From contig NW_027117339.1 in NCBI RefSeq assembly GCF_038025025.1, positions 2,480,001 through 2,544,000 on the forward strand: a stretch of DNA of 64,000 bases, read 5' to 3'. This document shows, one piece after another, positions 36,165 through 47,247 of this stretch. Every line of letters begins with the position of its first letter. Positions within the stretch are counted from its first letter, which is position 1. The notes under the pieces are model-generated. The model was not told where the DNA came from, did not search any database, and worked only from the letters and a program-made list of their open reading frames with translations. The stretch comes from Phyllosticta citribraziliensis (Eukaryota). The position numbers were made by a program, and so were the translations under genes.

Positions 36165-36328
36165 CCGGAGCAGTCAGACCCGATCACGTCCACAATTCCG
36201 GAGCAGTCATACATCATCACATCCACACCTCGGGAGCTATGATTAATCACCTCACCCACGGAGCTGCCAGCGGTACTTGCACTGAAACAGGCCAGTGGGC
36301 TATGGTGGTATGAATGAAGGCTTCACTT
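36165..36328 (+). repeat. degenerate 33-bp tandem repeat block (copy B)
   Basis: CCGGAGCAGTCATACATCATCACATCCACACCTCGGGAGC...TCACCTCACCCACGGAGCTGC...GGTATGAATGAAGGCTTCACTT is a direct homolog of 32850-33006. Confidence 0.8.
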
Positions 36329-37063
36329 GCTCACAAGATCGCGCTGAAGACATCCACGGCGGATTCAAAAATCGGCCGCAACGGTGTCTCAGATGTCCGT
36401 CATAAACAACAGCAGCGTGGTTTTCAATTTGACCGCGAATCGATCAACGACATATGATTTGCCTCTTCCCCTGGAACCATTCAAAGAAAGCAGAAGTCGT
36501 AGGAAGGCTGGACAGCGGGTAGAGGGGATGAATGCTCCCAGTCTACGGTGCATGGGTTGTTTCTGTCTCTCTTGCTTGCGGTCTTGATTTAGGGATGGGT
36601 GGTTCATTTCGAGTGAACAATGGCGCGAGTGACTGGAGGCTTGGCGACGAGACGGATGGCGGTTGGGATAGTTCAAAAAGCTGGTTCTTGGATGTGATTC
36701 AAAACTCTCACGGGTCTTATGGTTTGATGACTCCACGAGCGAAGTCGGTGGAATAAGGAAAGTCAACATACTTCAACGATGTTGAAGCGGAGCATCGCTT
36801 TTCCAAGGAGCGATGGTTAAAAGCGATCACTTTTTCCCGGTCTCAGTCCATTGCCAATGCCATTGCTGAAGTTATTTTCAGTATCAATTCCCACAAGAAC
36901 CAAGCGACAACGCCTTCTTCATCGAGCTTTGACCGCCGAAGTCATCTTGCGCTTCCGTTCGGCGGCAGTTTCTTTGCTCTACCGGCTCTCAAGGAGAAGG
37001 CCAGCCTCACTGCGCAAAATCGCCGCAAGTCAACAGGGCACTTCCGCCAAAACTCAGAAGGAC

Positions 37064-37395
37064 TCAACGTACAGACTTGCGAAACCTGATCAACCTGTCA
37101 CTGTGCAAGTGGTCGACCAGCCTCGCCACAAAGAAGTCCGCGCTTTCGCTCTTCTTTTGGGCGATGATGGGGTACTGGAATCTGGCGTCGTCCAGCTGCT
37201 TCCTGAGGTGCGAGCACGCCGCGTACCTGTTGTCGTAGACGAGGTTCCAGGCGACGACCTTCATGGCGCGGACGCAGTACTTTTGAATGGAGTCTGCGTT
37301 GTGAGTTAGCATTGTGCCTGGATCTGTGTTTGGAATGGGACTGGCGGACCGTCGATGTGGGGCCCGGCAAGATACTTGGGGGGGCTGAAGTCCAT
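37064..37395 (-). CDS. small hypothetical protein, spliced; 3' end uncertain
   Basis: CAAAATG start, exon 37395-37350, intron 37349-37294 (GTCCGC..GCTAAC..CAG), then a strongly C/G-ending codon frame. Product: MDFSPPKYLAGPHIDDSIQKYCVRAMKVVAWNLVYDNRYAACSHLRKQLDDARFQYPII. A further donor (GTACGT) lies just before the stop. Confidence 0.5.
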
Positions 37396-38148
37396 TTTGA
37401 GGGCTCGTAGGAAGGGGTAGGACGAGGAGATTTCAGTGAAGAGGATGTGGATTAGAGATGTGCCAATCGGGATTAACTCTTCAAGAAGTCTTTGCTAAAG
37501 CCTGCGGAGGATGAAGTGGAAATGAAAGTTGGTCTCGTGGAGGGAGCGTTCAAGCGCTCGTTATGAAGTATTCTTCGACAAAGGAAGCGGTGAGTGTTGC
37601 TTGCTCGCGTGAGACTGTCTTACAGCAGCAAGACCTCCAGGCCTTTCTTCCACGCTCAAAGCCGGTTAATTTCTGAGGCAACATCCTTCCATGCTCATCC
37701 AGAGCAAACGCGCCCGTCAAGACATGCAAGCATCGAGAGAAGTAGCTCGAGTCTTATGGAAGGTGTCAGAGCGAGGGATGGCTTGCTGAAGAAGCAGGTC
37801 TCGATCTTCTGCCCGGAGCAATCTCCGTTACTTCCAACCCTGGACCTCGACGCCATGCTCGAACTCGCGTGCGCCATCCGTCGCAGAAGGCTTGGTCGAC
37901 CGAAAATTGCCGTATGAGGAAACCTTCAAGGGTATCGGTCAAACCAAAGAGGATTTGCAAGTCGCCCATGGAGGTCGTAGGTACCCGCGTGGCAGCCACG
38001 CAAAGCTCTCCCCTCCATCCCTTCCATGTGCCCCCTCCTCCGTTCATCCTACCTGGAGGAACCTCTTCTGGACTGGACATCAATTATCAAAGGCTAGGAT
38101 CCCGCGTCATTCATTTCTCAACACTCCCCACGCGACCCTTGAGAAAAA

Positions 38149-39532
38149 ATGGCATCGGGTACCGGTACTGGCCCTCGCCGCATGGTGCTCTGCCTCGACG
38201 GGACCGGATGTCACTTCAGAGGGACTGAAAAGGACACCAACATTGTCAAGCTGTACCAATGCCTCGATCGCAGCGCTCCGGGTCAATTCGATTACTATCA
38301 ACGTGAGTTGGAATGATGGCCCTGCAGAGCTATGCTGACATTATGACTGCAGCCGGCATAGGAACTTACATCAAAGGCCAAACCAGGAGCAAGAGATTCT
38401 GGCCGGTCGTCAAATCTGCCATCGTCAACGCCGTAGACCGAGCGTTCGGTACCTCGTTTGAGGACCACGTACTGGCAGGATACACCTTCATCATGCGGCA
38501 ATACATGCCGGGTGACCAGATTTACATTTTCGGGTTCTCTCGCGGCGCATATACTGCGCGTTTCCTTGCAGAGATGATTCACGAGGCAGGACTCCTCTCT
38601 ACAGGAAACGACGAGTTGGTACCTTTCGCCTGGGATACTTTCAGCAATTTTCAGACCTCCCGTGGCAACGTGCCGCAGACAGAAAAGGACGAGGCGGCGA
38701 GGCAATACATGGAGAAATTCAAGCTGACGTTTTGCCGTCCCCACGTCGGCGTCCACTTCCTTGGCCTCTTCGACTGCGTCAACAGCGTGGGCCAATTCGA
38801 AATCCCTTTGAACCGTCGTTCATATCGGTACATTGCGACTCCGGCTGCAAAACACATCCGTCATGCCGTGTCCATTCACGAGAGGCGTCTCAAATTCAAG
38901 CCTGCCTTGTTCCTCCTCAACGATGAGAATGTCGACCTCAAAGAAGTTTGGTTTGCGGGAAACCATGGCGACGTGGGCGGTGGCTGGAGCTTGGAAAAGG
39001 GCCAGAAGCACCTGTTGTCCGACATCCCTCTGAGCTGGATGATGCAGGAAGTCTCGAGGCTACCAGAGTCGACCAGTACGCTCTCGCTTCAAAGTTCGCT
39101 GACGGCGGGCATTGCGGAGGCCGAACACGTGTTCCTGAACAAAGTGCTGGATGCGACAGCGTTCGAGGCTCGTCAACGAACTCATCGGCCACACGACAAG
39201 CTCAAAGTTGGTCACGGAGTTGGCACCCTTTCGGTAGCCTTCTGGTGGCTCATCGGTATGTCTCCCAAGCTTCGAAACATTACAGCAGCTAACACATTAT
39301 CGCAGAATGTCTGCCCATCTTCACGCGTCTCGAGCTCGAGAACGGCAAATGGGTTCCCCGTCACTGCCCTCCAAACATGGGTGCTCGTCGCGATATACCT
39401 CTCGATGCCGAAATTCATCCAAGCGTCGCCGAGATGGTAAAGGCTGGCATTCTTCAGGGGTCTTTGATTCCAGTGAAAGGCGGCGATAATCCGAATCTGT
39501 CGAGTGTTCCCAGCGTGAGGAAACTATCATGA
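38149..39532 (+). CDS. DUF2235 (Tle1-like) alpha/beta-hydrolase, putative phospholipase
   Basis: Exon 1 MASGTGTGPRRMVLCLDGTG...DTNIVKLY...YYQ/PGIGT. Nucleophile motif GFSRGAY, plus FLGLFDCVNSVG, RHAVSIHERR and EVWFAGNHGDVGGG. Two introns; stop at 39530-39532. Confidence 0.9.
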
Positions 39533-40463
39533 CAGAAAACGCGAATTGGCTGACAGGGGCAACAGCTCAATGAAAATTCGAAATAATGACGGCATTTCCA
39601 CCGTGGGAGTTTGGTGGCAGAGACGAGAGGTGGTTACCAAAAGATGGTCGTGATGGAGACTTTGGGGCATGGAATCATGAAGGTCGAATCCTGGGGGGAT
39701 AGCGTCGGCGACTTCTACCTGTGTGCTCGAGGACGGATCCTGTGGATCTTACATAACCCTAATGAATCATTCACCTCGGGTTCTCTGACAGAAACTGTGC
39801 AACGCAATGTGATGTCTGCTGGCTGGCCTGCGCTACTAGAGCGCATGAGCGAGAAGATCCAGTCCGATGGTGCTGCAAGAGAACACCGACTGATAGCCAT
39901 GGTCTTTGACAGTCACGTCTGTTCGCGAAGACTGATGTTTGACGCTAGTATCGTTGGGATTTCGATTTTCCAAAGATTTGTTGCAAGTCCTCACTGTTGA
40001 CGGCTGCCCTTAGGTAGAGCACTACCATACCTACTACTAACCTCAGTAGGAGTAGTAGGGGTGAGATGGTATGGTACTCTTCGATATTGCCCTAAGTAGC
40101 TAGAGCGCCGCGGACGAACGAGCTAGCGAGCTGGCCCAGCTAGCAGACAGACGGACCCCAGCACTGCCGACCTGCCAGCAGGCAGCAGCATTCCCCGCGA
40201 ATCACGACGAGCGAGGAAGAGAAAGAGGAGAGTTTTTTGGGTTGGCGCAGCTGCTCGTGTGCGCGATTCAAGAACGTGCCGAAGCAGCGGCGCCGCGGTG
40301 CTGGGACGCTGAAACGCAATTTTGGAGTTTGTTTGCTGGGCGAGGAAGGTTTTGGCTTGCACGCAGTGCAGAGCGTGCGTGCGTGCGATGGTGCGGGAGC
40401 GGGGGTGGAGGCGGGGGAGGGACGGGAGGGTGTTGAGGGGCTGGGGTGAGATGCTCGTGATTT

Positions 40464-40491
40464 GGGGGGGGGGGGGGGGGGGGGGGGGGGG
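40464..40491. repeat. poly-G tract (28 nt) next to a G-run-rich segment
   Basis: Read directly from the sequence. Confidence 0.9.
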
Positions 40492-42535
40492 CGTCTGCTT
40501 CGCCTTGACCTTGACCTTGTCTGTAGCATAGCCGCCGCGATTGACTGATTGATCGACTGACTGACTGATTGCGTGCATGCTCTGCTCTCCTCAGCTCGGG
40601 AGGAAGAGCGGGGAGTCAAATCTGCAAGATGGAGCGAAGAGCACGACGGAGGTATGAAACATAGCGACGGGAACGGCGTCGGAGTGTCGAGAGTAAAGGT
40701 ATGAGACAGACAGACGGGGGACGAAAATGACGACCTCGTCTTCATCAGCAGCAGCAGCGATGATGGCCGCCGCTGTGGTGGAGGTGCGGGTCGGGTAGAA
40801 GCGAATATGCATCCAAGAGACCACGATAGGTCGGTGCTGACAACACCGCCCGCACGACGCCCGCCGCTCCATAGTCAGTCAGTCAGTTCGTCCGTTCGTC
40901 AGCGAGGCGAGAGATGATTGACACGAGGGTGCAAAGTCTGCTCTGAGACATTCCAAGACCCGGCATCCTGAGCAGCGGGAGCGAGCGCAGGAAAGGTTCG
41001 GCTAGCTTTGCCTTGTTCTCTGCCATGCTGCGTCAACTGGCGACATGCTGCATGCGACTGCCGACTTGACGACGAGACCAACAGACGCGGACAATTAGTC
41101 GTCGAGTGTCAAACGCGCAGTGCCTGATCTGGCGGCCGACCGTCTAGATCGGGGACTGCCGAGGAGCGGGAAAGGTCGTTGCGTGGTTCGCAAGGTGCGG
41201 TGTGGCATCAACAGCGGTCCTCCTCATCCGGCTGGCTGATACCTGACCATGCCTATCTTGATGCCGTGCGTCGCGAAGCAGTTGCAACGAGGTTGACAAA
41301 GATGACTGCGGTGATGTGGGTGCGGGTGGAGAGGAATGGAGATAGATGCCTTGCGAACCTCCTCTCCTCTCCCGAACCGCTTCCCAAACCACCCACCTGC
41401 ATGGTACGGGATGGACGTCCATCAGTCTGTTGCTGTATCACTGCCTGACGCGCTGATATCGTTGGTGGCTGTGACAAGCCAGCCAGCCCGCCAGCCTTGT
41501 CGTGTCTACTTCTCTAGTCCGCGATAGCTGTCCGCCGCGCGCGCGATAGACTCTGGACTAAGCGTTGAGGTTGTACCCTGCGCAGCTGAGGTGGGCAAGG
41601 GGGACGCCGCGAGCGAGACAAGTGCTGGGGGGTTCCTCGTCGGGGGTGGTGCGTCGGAAAGAGGGGTCGTCTTCTGGGCAGCAGCAGCGCGGCGAAGCGT
41701 GAATGAAGATCGCAGCAACACGAAACAAGGTTTGCGACGCCCCGACACACAAATTTCCATCTCGTTTCTTTTTTTCTTCTGGTCTTGTCGCAGACTTCCA
41801 AGCCTTGGACAGCCTTGGGCAGGTCAGCTGGTCCGTTCCTGTGCTTGGGCTAGATCCACAGTAACGAAGCACACGAGCAGGAGAAGCTGATGGACGAAGG
41901 AAGTTAAGATTTGATTGCGGCAAGAGGCAAGACGTCATGGTCAGGAGTGGAAATTGACGGGCGCGAAGGAAGGCAAGTGAACAGTGCTCACGACCAAATC
42001 TCGCGGGAGTTCGCCGGCCGTTGCGTTGCACCCGTCTGACGTAGTCGGGAGCGAGCAAAAAGAGCAGACCGAGTCATGAGAGAGGACGCCTTTAAACTGG
42101 GTGGAGTGGGCCGGCTTCGGGATGTCCGTCCATCCCGTGTCTCGGATCATCTGGGCTGCTGGAAAGAGCCAGAGCCGCCCGAGCGCCGCTGCCATGTTCC
42201 TGGATCATCGTACGAGGTGCAAACAGGGAGGCAGGGCCGCTTAGGTACGGTAGGTTGCGAAGACGCAATTGCAAAAAGTTTCAGCGTCCAACTCAATTCA
42301 AACGTACGTCGTACATTTGCAAGTCTGATTTGACAATGAACAAGACAAGAGACAAGATGAAGAAGAAGAGAAATGCGCCATGACAATAAAAGGACTATCT
42401 CATTTGGAAAAGAAACGGCTACATGCAGATGCAGCGACCCAATGCTATGCCAATCCCCGAATGCAGGATGCAGATGCAAATGCAACCATGTCGCTCATTG
42501 TAAAACACCACCGCTGCCTTTTGCAAATGGTTCCA

Positions 42536-44220
42536 TTAGAGCATAATCATACCGACACCGGTGACGACGGCAGTAATGGCGTAGATGCCGACCTGGAGCA
42601 TGCCAAAGTTGACGCTAGCCATGGGGGCGCCGGGAGTACCCGCACCGGCCGACTTGGTGCCAGAAGCAGACCCAGAGACGCCAGCAGCACCACCAGTGGC
42701 AGCAGCAGCAACGGTGCCAGTGCCAGCAGTGCCAGCAGCGTTGAGCAGGCTCGAGCAAGTGCCAGTGGCCTTGGCGGACGAGGTGAGGGTGGCGGAGCCA
42801 GAGAAGGCGCAGGCGCTCGACTGGCTGTCACCAAGCTCGTAGTAGCGGTTGAGGACGTAGGCGAGCTGGTAGGTCGTGTTGCAGACGCTGTACGCGCCAT
42901 AGACACCGGTCGTGGCGTTGGTGCTGATGCCCTCGCAAGCCTTGGAGTTGAGACCGCACACGGTGCCGAAGAGGTCACCGTAGTCGGACGAGGAGACGTC
43001 GGGCGAGGTGACGCAGCTCAGCGACTTGTACATGCACTCGCAGAGGTCGTCGTTGGGGGTAGGAGGCAGGGGGCTAGACTTGGCACCCCAGGCCTTGCCA
43101 ACCGTGGGGCATGCCTGGTTGGCCGTGTTGGTGGGAGTGAAGCTGGCGCTGTTGACACCGGTAGGGCTGACGGTGGCAATCTGCTTGGAGTAGTAGCTGA
43201 AGTCGGACAGAGTGCTGACAGAGTCGCCCGAGACGGTGACGAGACCGTAGTCGTTCTCCTCCTGGAAGTACATGTAGACGATGCCACCGGACCAGACGTC
43301 GTTCATCTTGTCGCCAAAGAGGACGGGAGTGTCGGTGAACTTGCGGGGAGTGACGGCGTTGCAACCGTACTCGGCAAAGAAGACGGGGACGGAGTAGTTG
43401 GCGAATTCCTCGGTGCGGACATCGTAGCCAGAGGACGTGTACGAAGAGTCACCGCACCACGAGTAGATGTTGTAGCCCCAGAAGTCAATCGTCTCCGAGT
43501 TGTCGCTACCGCAGTTGAAGTAGTTGGCCATGTCCTCGCGAATGCTGGCGTCGTCGTTGGTGGCGTAGCCGACACCAATTTCGCGGTAGCCCTTCTCGCT
43601 GATGTACGACTTGCTGTCACGGACAGCAGCCTTGACGTAGGCGCTGGCGTCGGTGTTGTTGGCCTGGTTGGAAACCTCGTTGCCAGCGAAGAAGCCGAGC
43701 GTGTTGTTGTACTGGGCCATGGCGTCAATGACGGCCTTGTAGCGGTCAAACAGGTCCGTGTTCCACGCCGGGTCGTTGCGGTCAATCGACTGGGCGGGCG
43801 ACGACAGGTCGGCGACGACGTAGATGCCAGCATCCTGGAGGAGCTGCATGCAGTCATCGTGGTTCTCCTCGGGGTTGATGGCGTAGACACGGATGGTGTT
43901 TGTGCGCAGCTTGGAGAGGTAGGGGATGTCGCGCTCGCACTGGCTCTTGGAGATCAGAGGGTCCTTGTAGTTGTTTTGCGACGAGCCGCTGCCCTCATAT
44001 TCCTGCTGGTAAGCGACACCGCGAATGTAGAATTGGGTGCCGTTGTTGGAGTAGAAGAATTTGTTGCCCTGAAGTACAGACAAGGTGTGAGCGGACAGCT
44101 GCCAGTCAAGAGTAGGGCTGACGCGGGATGTACCTTGATGACAATCGGAGGCACGTCAGCAGCAAGGACGGCCTGGGAGAAGAAGGCGGCCGCGGCCGCG
44201 GCGATGCCAAAAGCCTTCAT
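42536..44220 (-). CDS. GH72 1,3-beta-glucanosyltransferase (Gas/Gel family) with Cys-rich X8/CBM43 domain and GPI signal
   Basis: Signal peptide [20 protein letters not shown], then [57 protein letters not shown], a Cys-rich domain and a hydrophobic C-terminus. One intron. Confidence 0.95.
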
Positions 44221-46354
44221 TTTGGAGAAAAGGGCGTGGTTCAAAGGCAATTGAAGGGTTTGAAAGAGAATAGGGGGGGTAAGAGGCCTGTTTGTTATGA
44301 TGATGTTGTTAAGGAGAGTAAGGGAGGTCGGACAGGCGAAAAAACGAGTGTATGAAGAGGGAGGAGTCCAGGCAGGCAAGCAAGCAGCAGGCAGCCAGGC
44401 GAAGGGTGGGAATAAAAGACGTTGGTCAGGCGCGAGAAGATGAGAGAGTGGTCTGGGGGAAGAGGCGAATGGGGCACATTCAGGGGACCAGCACAGAGCG
44501 CCCTGCTATCACGACCTACACCGAAACGAGCCGAGTGGAGCGCGCCGCTGAACCCGCCGCGCCTGTCTTGGACGCGCAATCGAGCGTCATCCAGAGGCGG
44601 GCACGGTTAGGACGGCGTTCCAGCCCAGCCAACAGCCAACGGCAGCTGGCGCATAATGGATTTGAATGCCATTTTTTCTTTCTCTACGTGTGGTAGCACC
44701 TCTCTGCCCAAGGATGCGTACGCGGCGCCAACGACGACGGCTGACAGTCGACAACGACAGCAACGCAGCGCAACGCAACGGCGACGCAGCTGGCACAAGC
44801 AGATGGTGCGGTGCAACCCACAGCAACCAATATGCAGAGCTTCAGACCATCACATCTGTGCAGCGCCCGGCCCCAAACAGTCGCAGCACTGCCACAGGAA
44901 GCGCGTCTGATCGCCGGCCACGGGACTGTGCGAGGATACCGACCGGCCTGCCGACGTGCCTGTCGTGGCGCGCAAAGTACGATGTGCAACGACTGCTCCA
45001 CCACTCTCGTGTGCCTGAAGCACTCCTTATGACGACTCGCATGGGCGGTCGAGTGCCACAAGCGGAGGAGAAGAAGCTGAAGGAATGGAAACAGCGACTT
45101 GACAGGAAGAAAGAAGAAAAAAAAGAGACGACATTATTTGCACGCCGTCGACGCGCAGTGGCCTTGGAAAAGCTTGTCGACTTGGCCCGGGGCTTGGCGG
45201 GTCAGAGGCCGGCGTCGTTAGCGTGAGATGAAGGACATGGAGGTGGGCAAAGCAGGGCAGGGCAGGGCAGGGCAAGGCAGGGCTGTAAGCGCGAACCACA
45301 ACAACAACAACTGGTCGGTCGGTCGGTCGGTCGGAGATAACTGATGGGCTGGCAGCCTCAGCATAGCCCTCAGTGGAAGCGGCAACGACGTGAGTTATAA
45401 AAGCCAGGGGATTCCGCTCAGCAAAGCCGTTCAAAGCAACCTGCAGCCACTGCGCATGTGGCCTGTGAGGGCAACCTTATGTAAATCAGCCAACGGCGCC
45501 GCGGAAGCCCCTTTTGCCCCCTGCCCTGGAGGTGCAAGCGCAGTGAGGCCCAGCCCGGCCAGCGTCTACATTACCCAGCAAACGTTTCGAGAAGAACAGG
45601 GTTCCATGCACCCCCCGAGCCGCCACTCCATCATCGGCGATAGCACGACGGCAGATTTGCATGTCTGATTTCGGTCTTGTCGGAGCCTCTCGTAAGTTGC
45701 ATGTTGAACGCGTCGTCGTCGACTCGGCTCCGCTGTCAGCCCCCATTCCAGGCCTGCCTCATCCTGACGTGTGGCGGCGGGGAGGATGGGATGGATGCAT
45801 GGCAGAGGGCGCACGGCCACGGCCACCACATTAGATAGTGGAGAGGCGTGATAGGAGACTCTGGCTGGTCAGGTCAAGCCCGGTCAAGCCCAGGGGCCGG
45901 CCACGGTCGCACGCATGGAGAGAGACGTGGTAGGCAGGAGTGGTGAGGTAGGGTTCATGGCGGCGGCAAAAGTCGACTCGAGGCTCGGGACTCGCACCAG
46001 CGACGAGAAACGACAAGTAGTCAAGACGGCAAAAGCAGCAGAGCACAGCTATCAAAAAAAAAAAGGCTATTTTGGTCGACTGCAGCTCCGTGGAAATAGA
46101 AAGGACCGGGGCACCCCCGCCAGGAGAATGCCTGCCCGCGGCGGGCGGATGGCACGCCTGCGCGAACAGCAGGCAGGTCAACAAGTCGGCCGTCTGCCGT
46201 GATTTTCGTACCGCGTCGAGACTACCAAGCGATGAGCGTCGCTCTGTGCCATGTTTAGACAGTCAGTGGGTGTCGCCTTTGTTCGGTGGCAATCATGGCA
46301 ATCGTCGGCAGCGGGAGAGGCGCTGTTGGTTGATTCGATTCGCTCCTTTTCCGT

Positions 46355-46378
46355 CCCCCCCCCCCCCCCCCCCCCCCC
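46355..46378. repeat. poly-C tract (24 nt) in the GEL-FKS1 divergent intergenic region
   Basis: Read directly from the sequence. Confidence 0.9.
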
Positions 46379-47247
46379 TGTTCCTCCCACCGCCAGACTC
46401 TGGCTCTCGGACGGAGCGCACCACCCAAGGCAAGCACCGCCCGCCCCGTGCGCCCAGGCCTGACAGCCGCCCGCCCACTCCAGTCGGCGTCCAGTCGCGC
46501 CCTCAAATGTCATGGCCTTCCCAGTCCCCTTTTCCATTCCCTCCAGCTCACTCTCGCGACATTGCATTCGTTCGTCCGACTGTGTTGCGTCGAGTTGAGT
46601 CGACACACCTCACCTCACCTCCGCTCACCTCGTCCTCGCCCTCCAGCCCGGACGCCAGTCGCCCTGGTTGCCAAGTCACCCCAGCCTGCAACCCCCATAC
46701 CACCTTGGCCGCGCCTGCGTCGTCAACAGCAACACCACCAACTCGACTCCGTCTCTCGTTCCGCTTCACCCCCAATTCTACCGCTACTACAAGACTCTGC
46801 GTGTGCGTCTACCGCTAGGTCCCCTCCGCGCGCTGCACTAGCCGCGTCCGACGAACCACCTCCCCACCCTTCCTCTCGCTCTTCTCCTCTGGTCTGCAGT
46901 ACACAGCCCTTCCGTTAATAGGTGCGTCCGCCGGCTCCCCAGCCTCCTCTCTCCAAATCCATCCACCAACCAACCTACACCCTCTGCAGCCTTTACATCA
47001 CCACCCAATCCTGCCTCCCGCGAGCTAACCCGACCGACCCCAGACGTACGGTCCGCCCGCCGCTCCGTTCATCCCACCCTCCGTCGTTCGCTCCTCTGGT
47101 CATCCTCCTGGATTAGTCTTCCCGTTTCTTCGACGACCGACCTGCCGCTGAACAAGGTGAGCTTCTGCTGCACGCGCCCAACTCTCGCTCGCTCTGCTGC
47201 AACTCGAGGCATTGACACCACACAGCGCGTCGTGCGTCTTTCACAGG

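Noticed and set aside
39754..39762. TAACCCTAA, a second possible telomerase template
   Set aside because: It is only about 220 bp past the DUF2235 stop, and I found no pseudoknot-like strands or enclosing helix. It is more likely a chance 9-mer, but should be included in the covariance-model scan.
42380..44254. 624-aa ORF on the + strand
   Set aside because: Antisense shadow of the GH72 gene, for the same reason.
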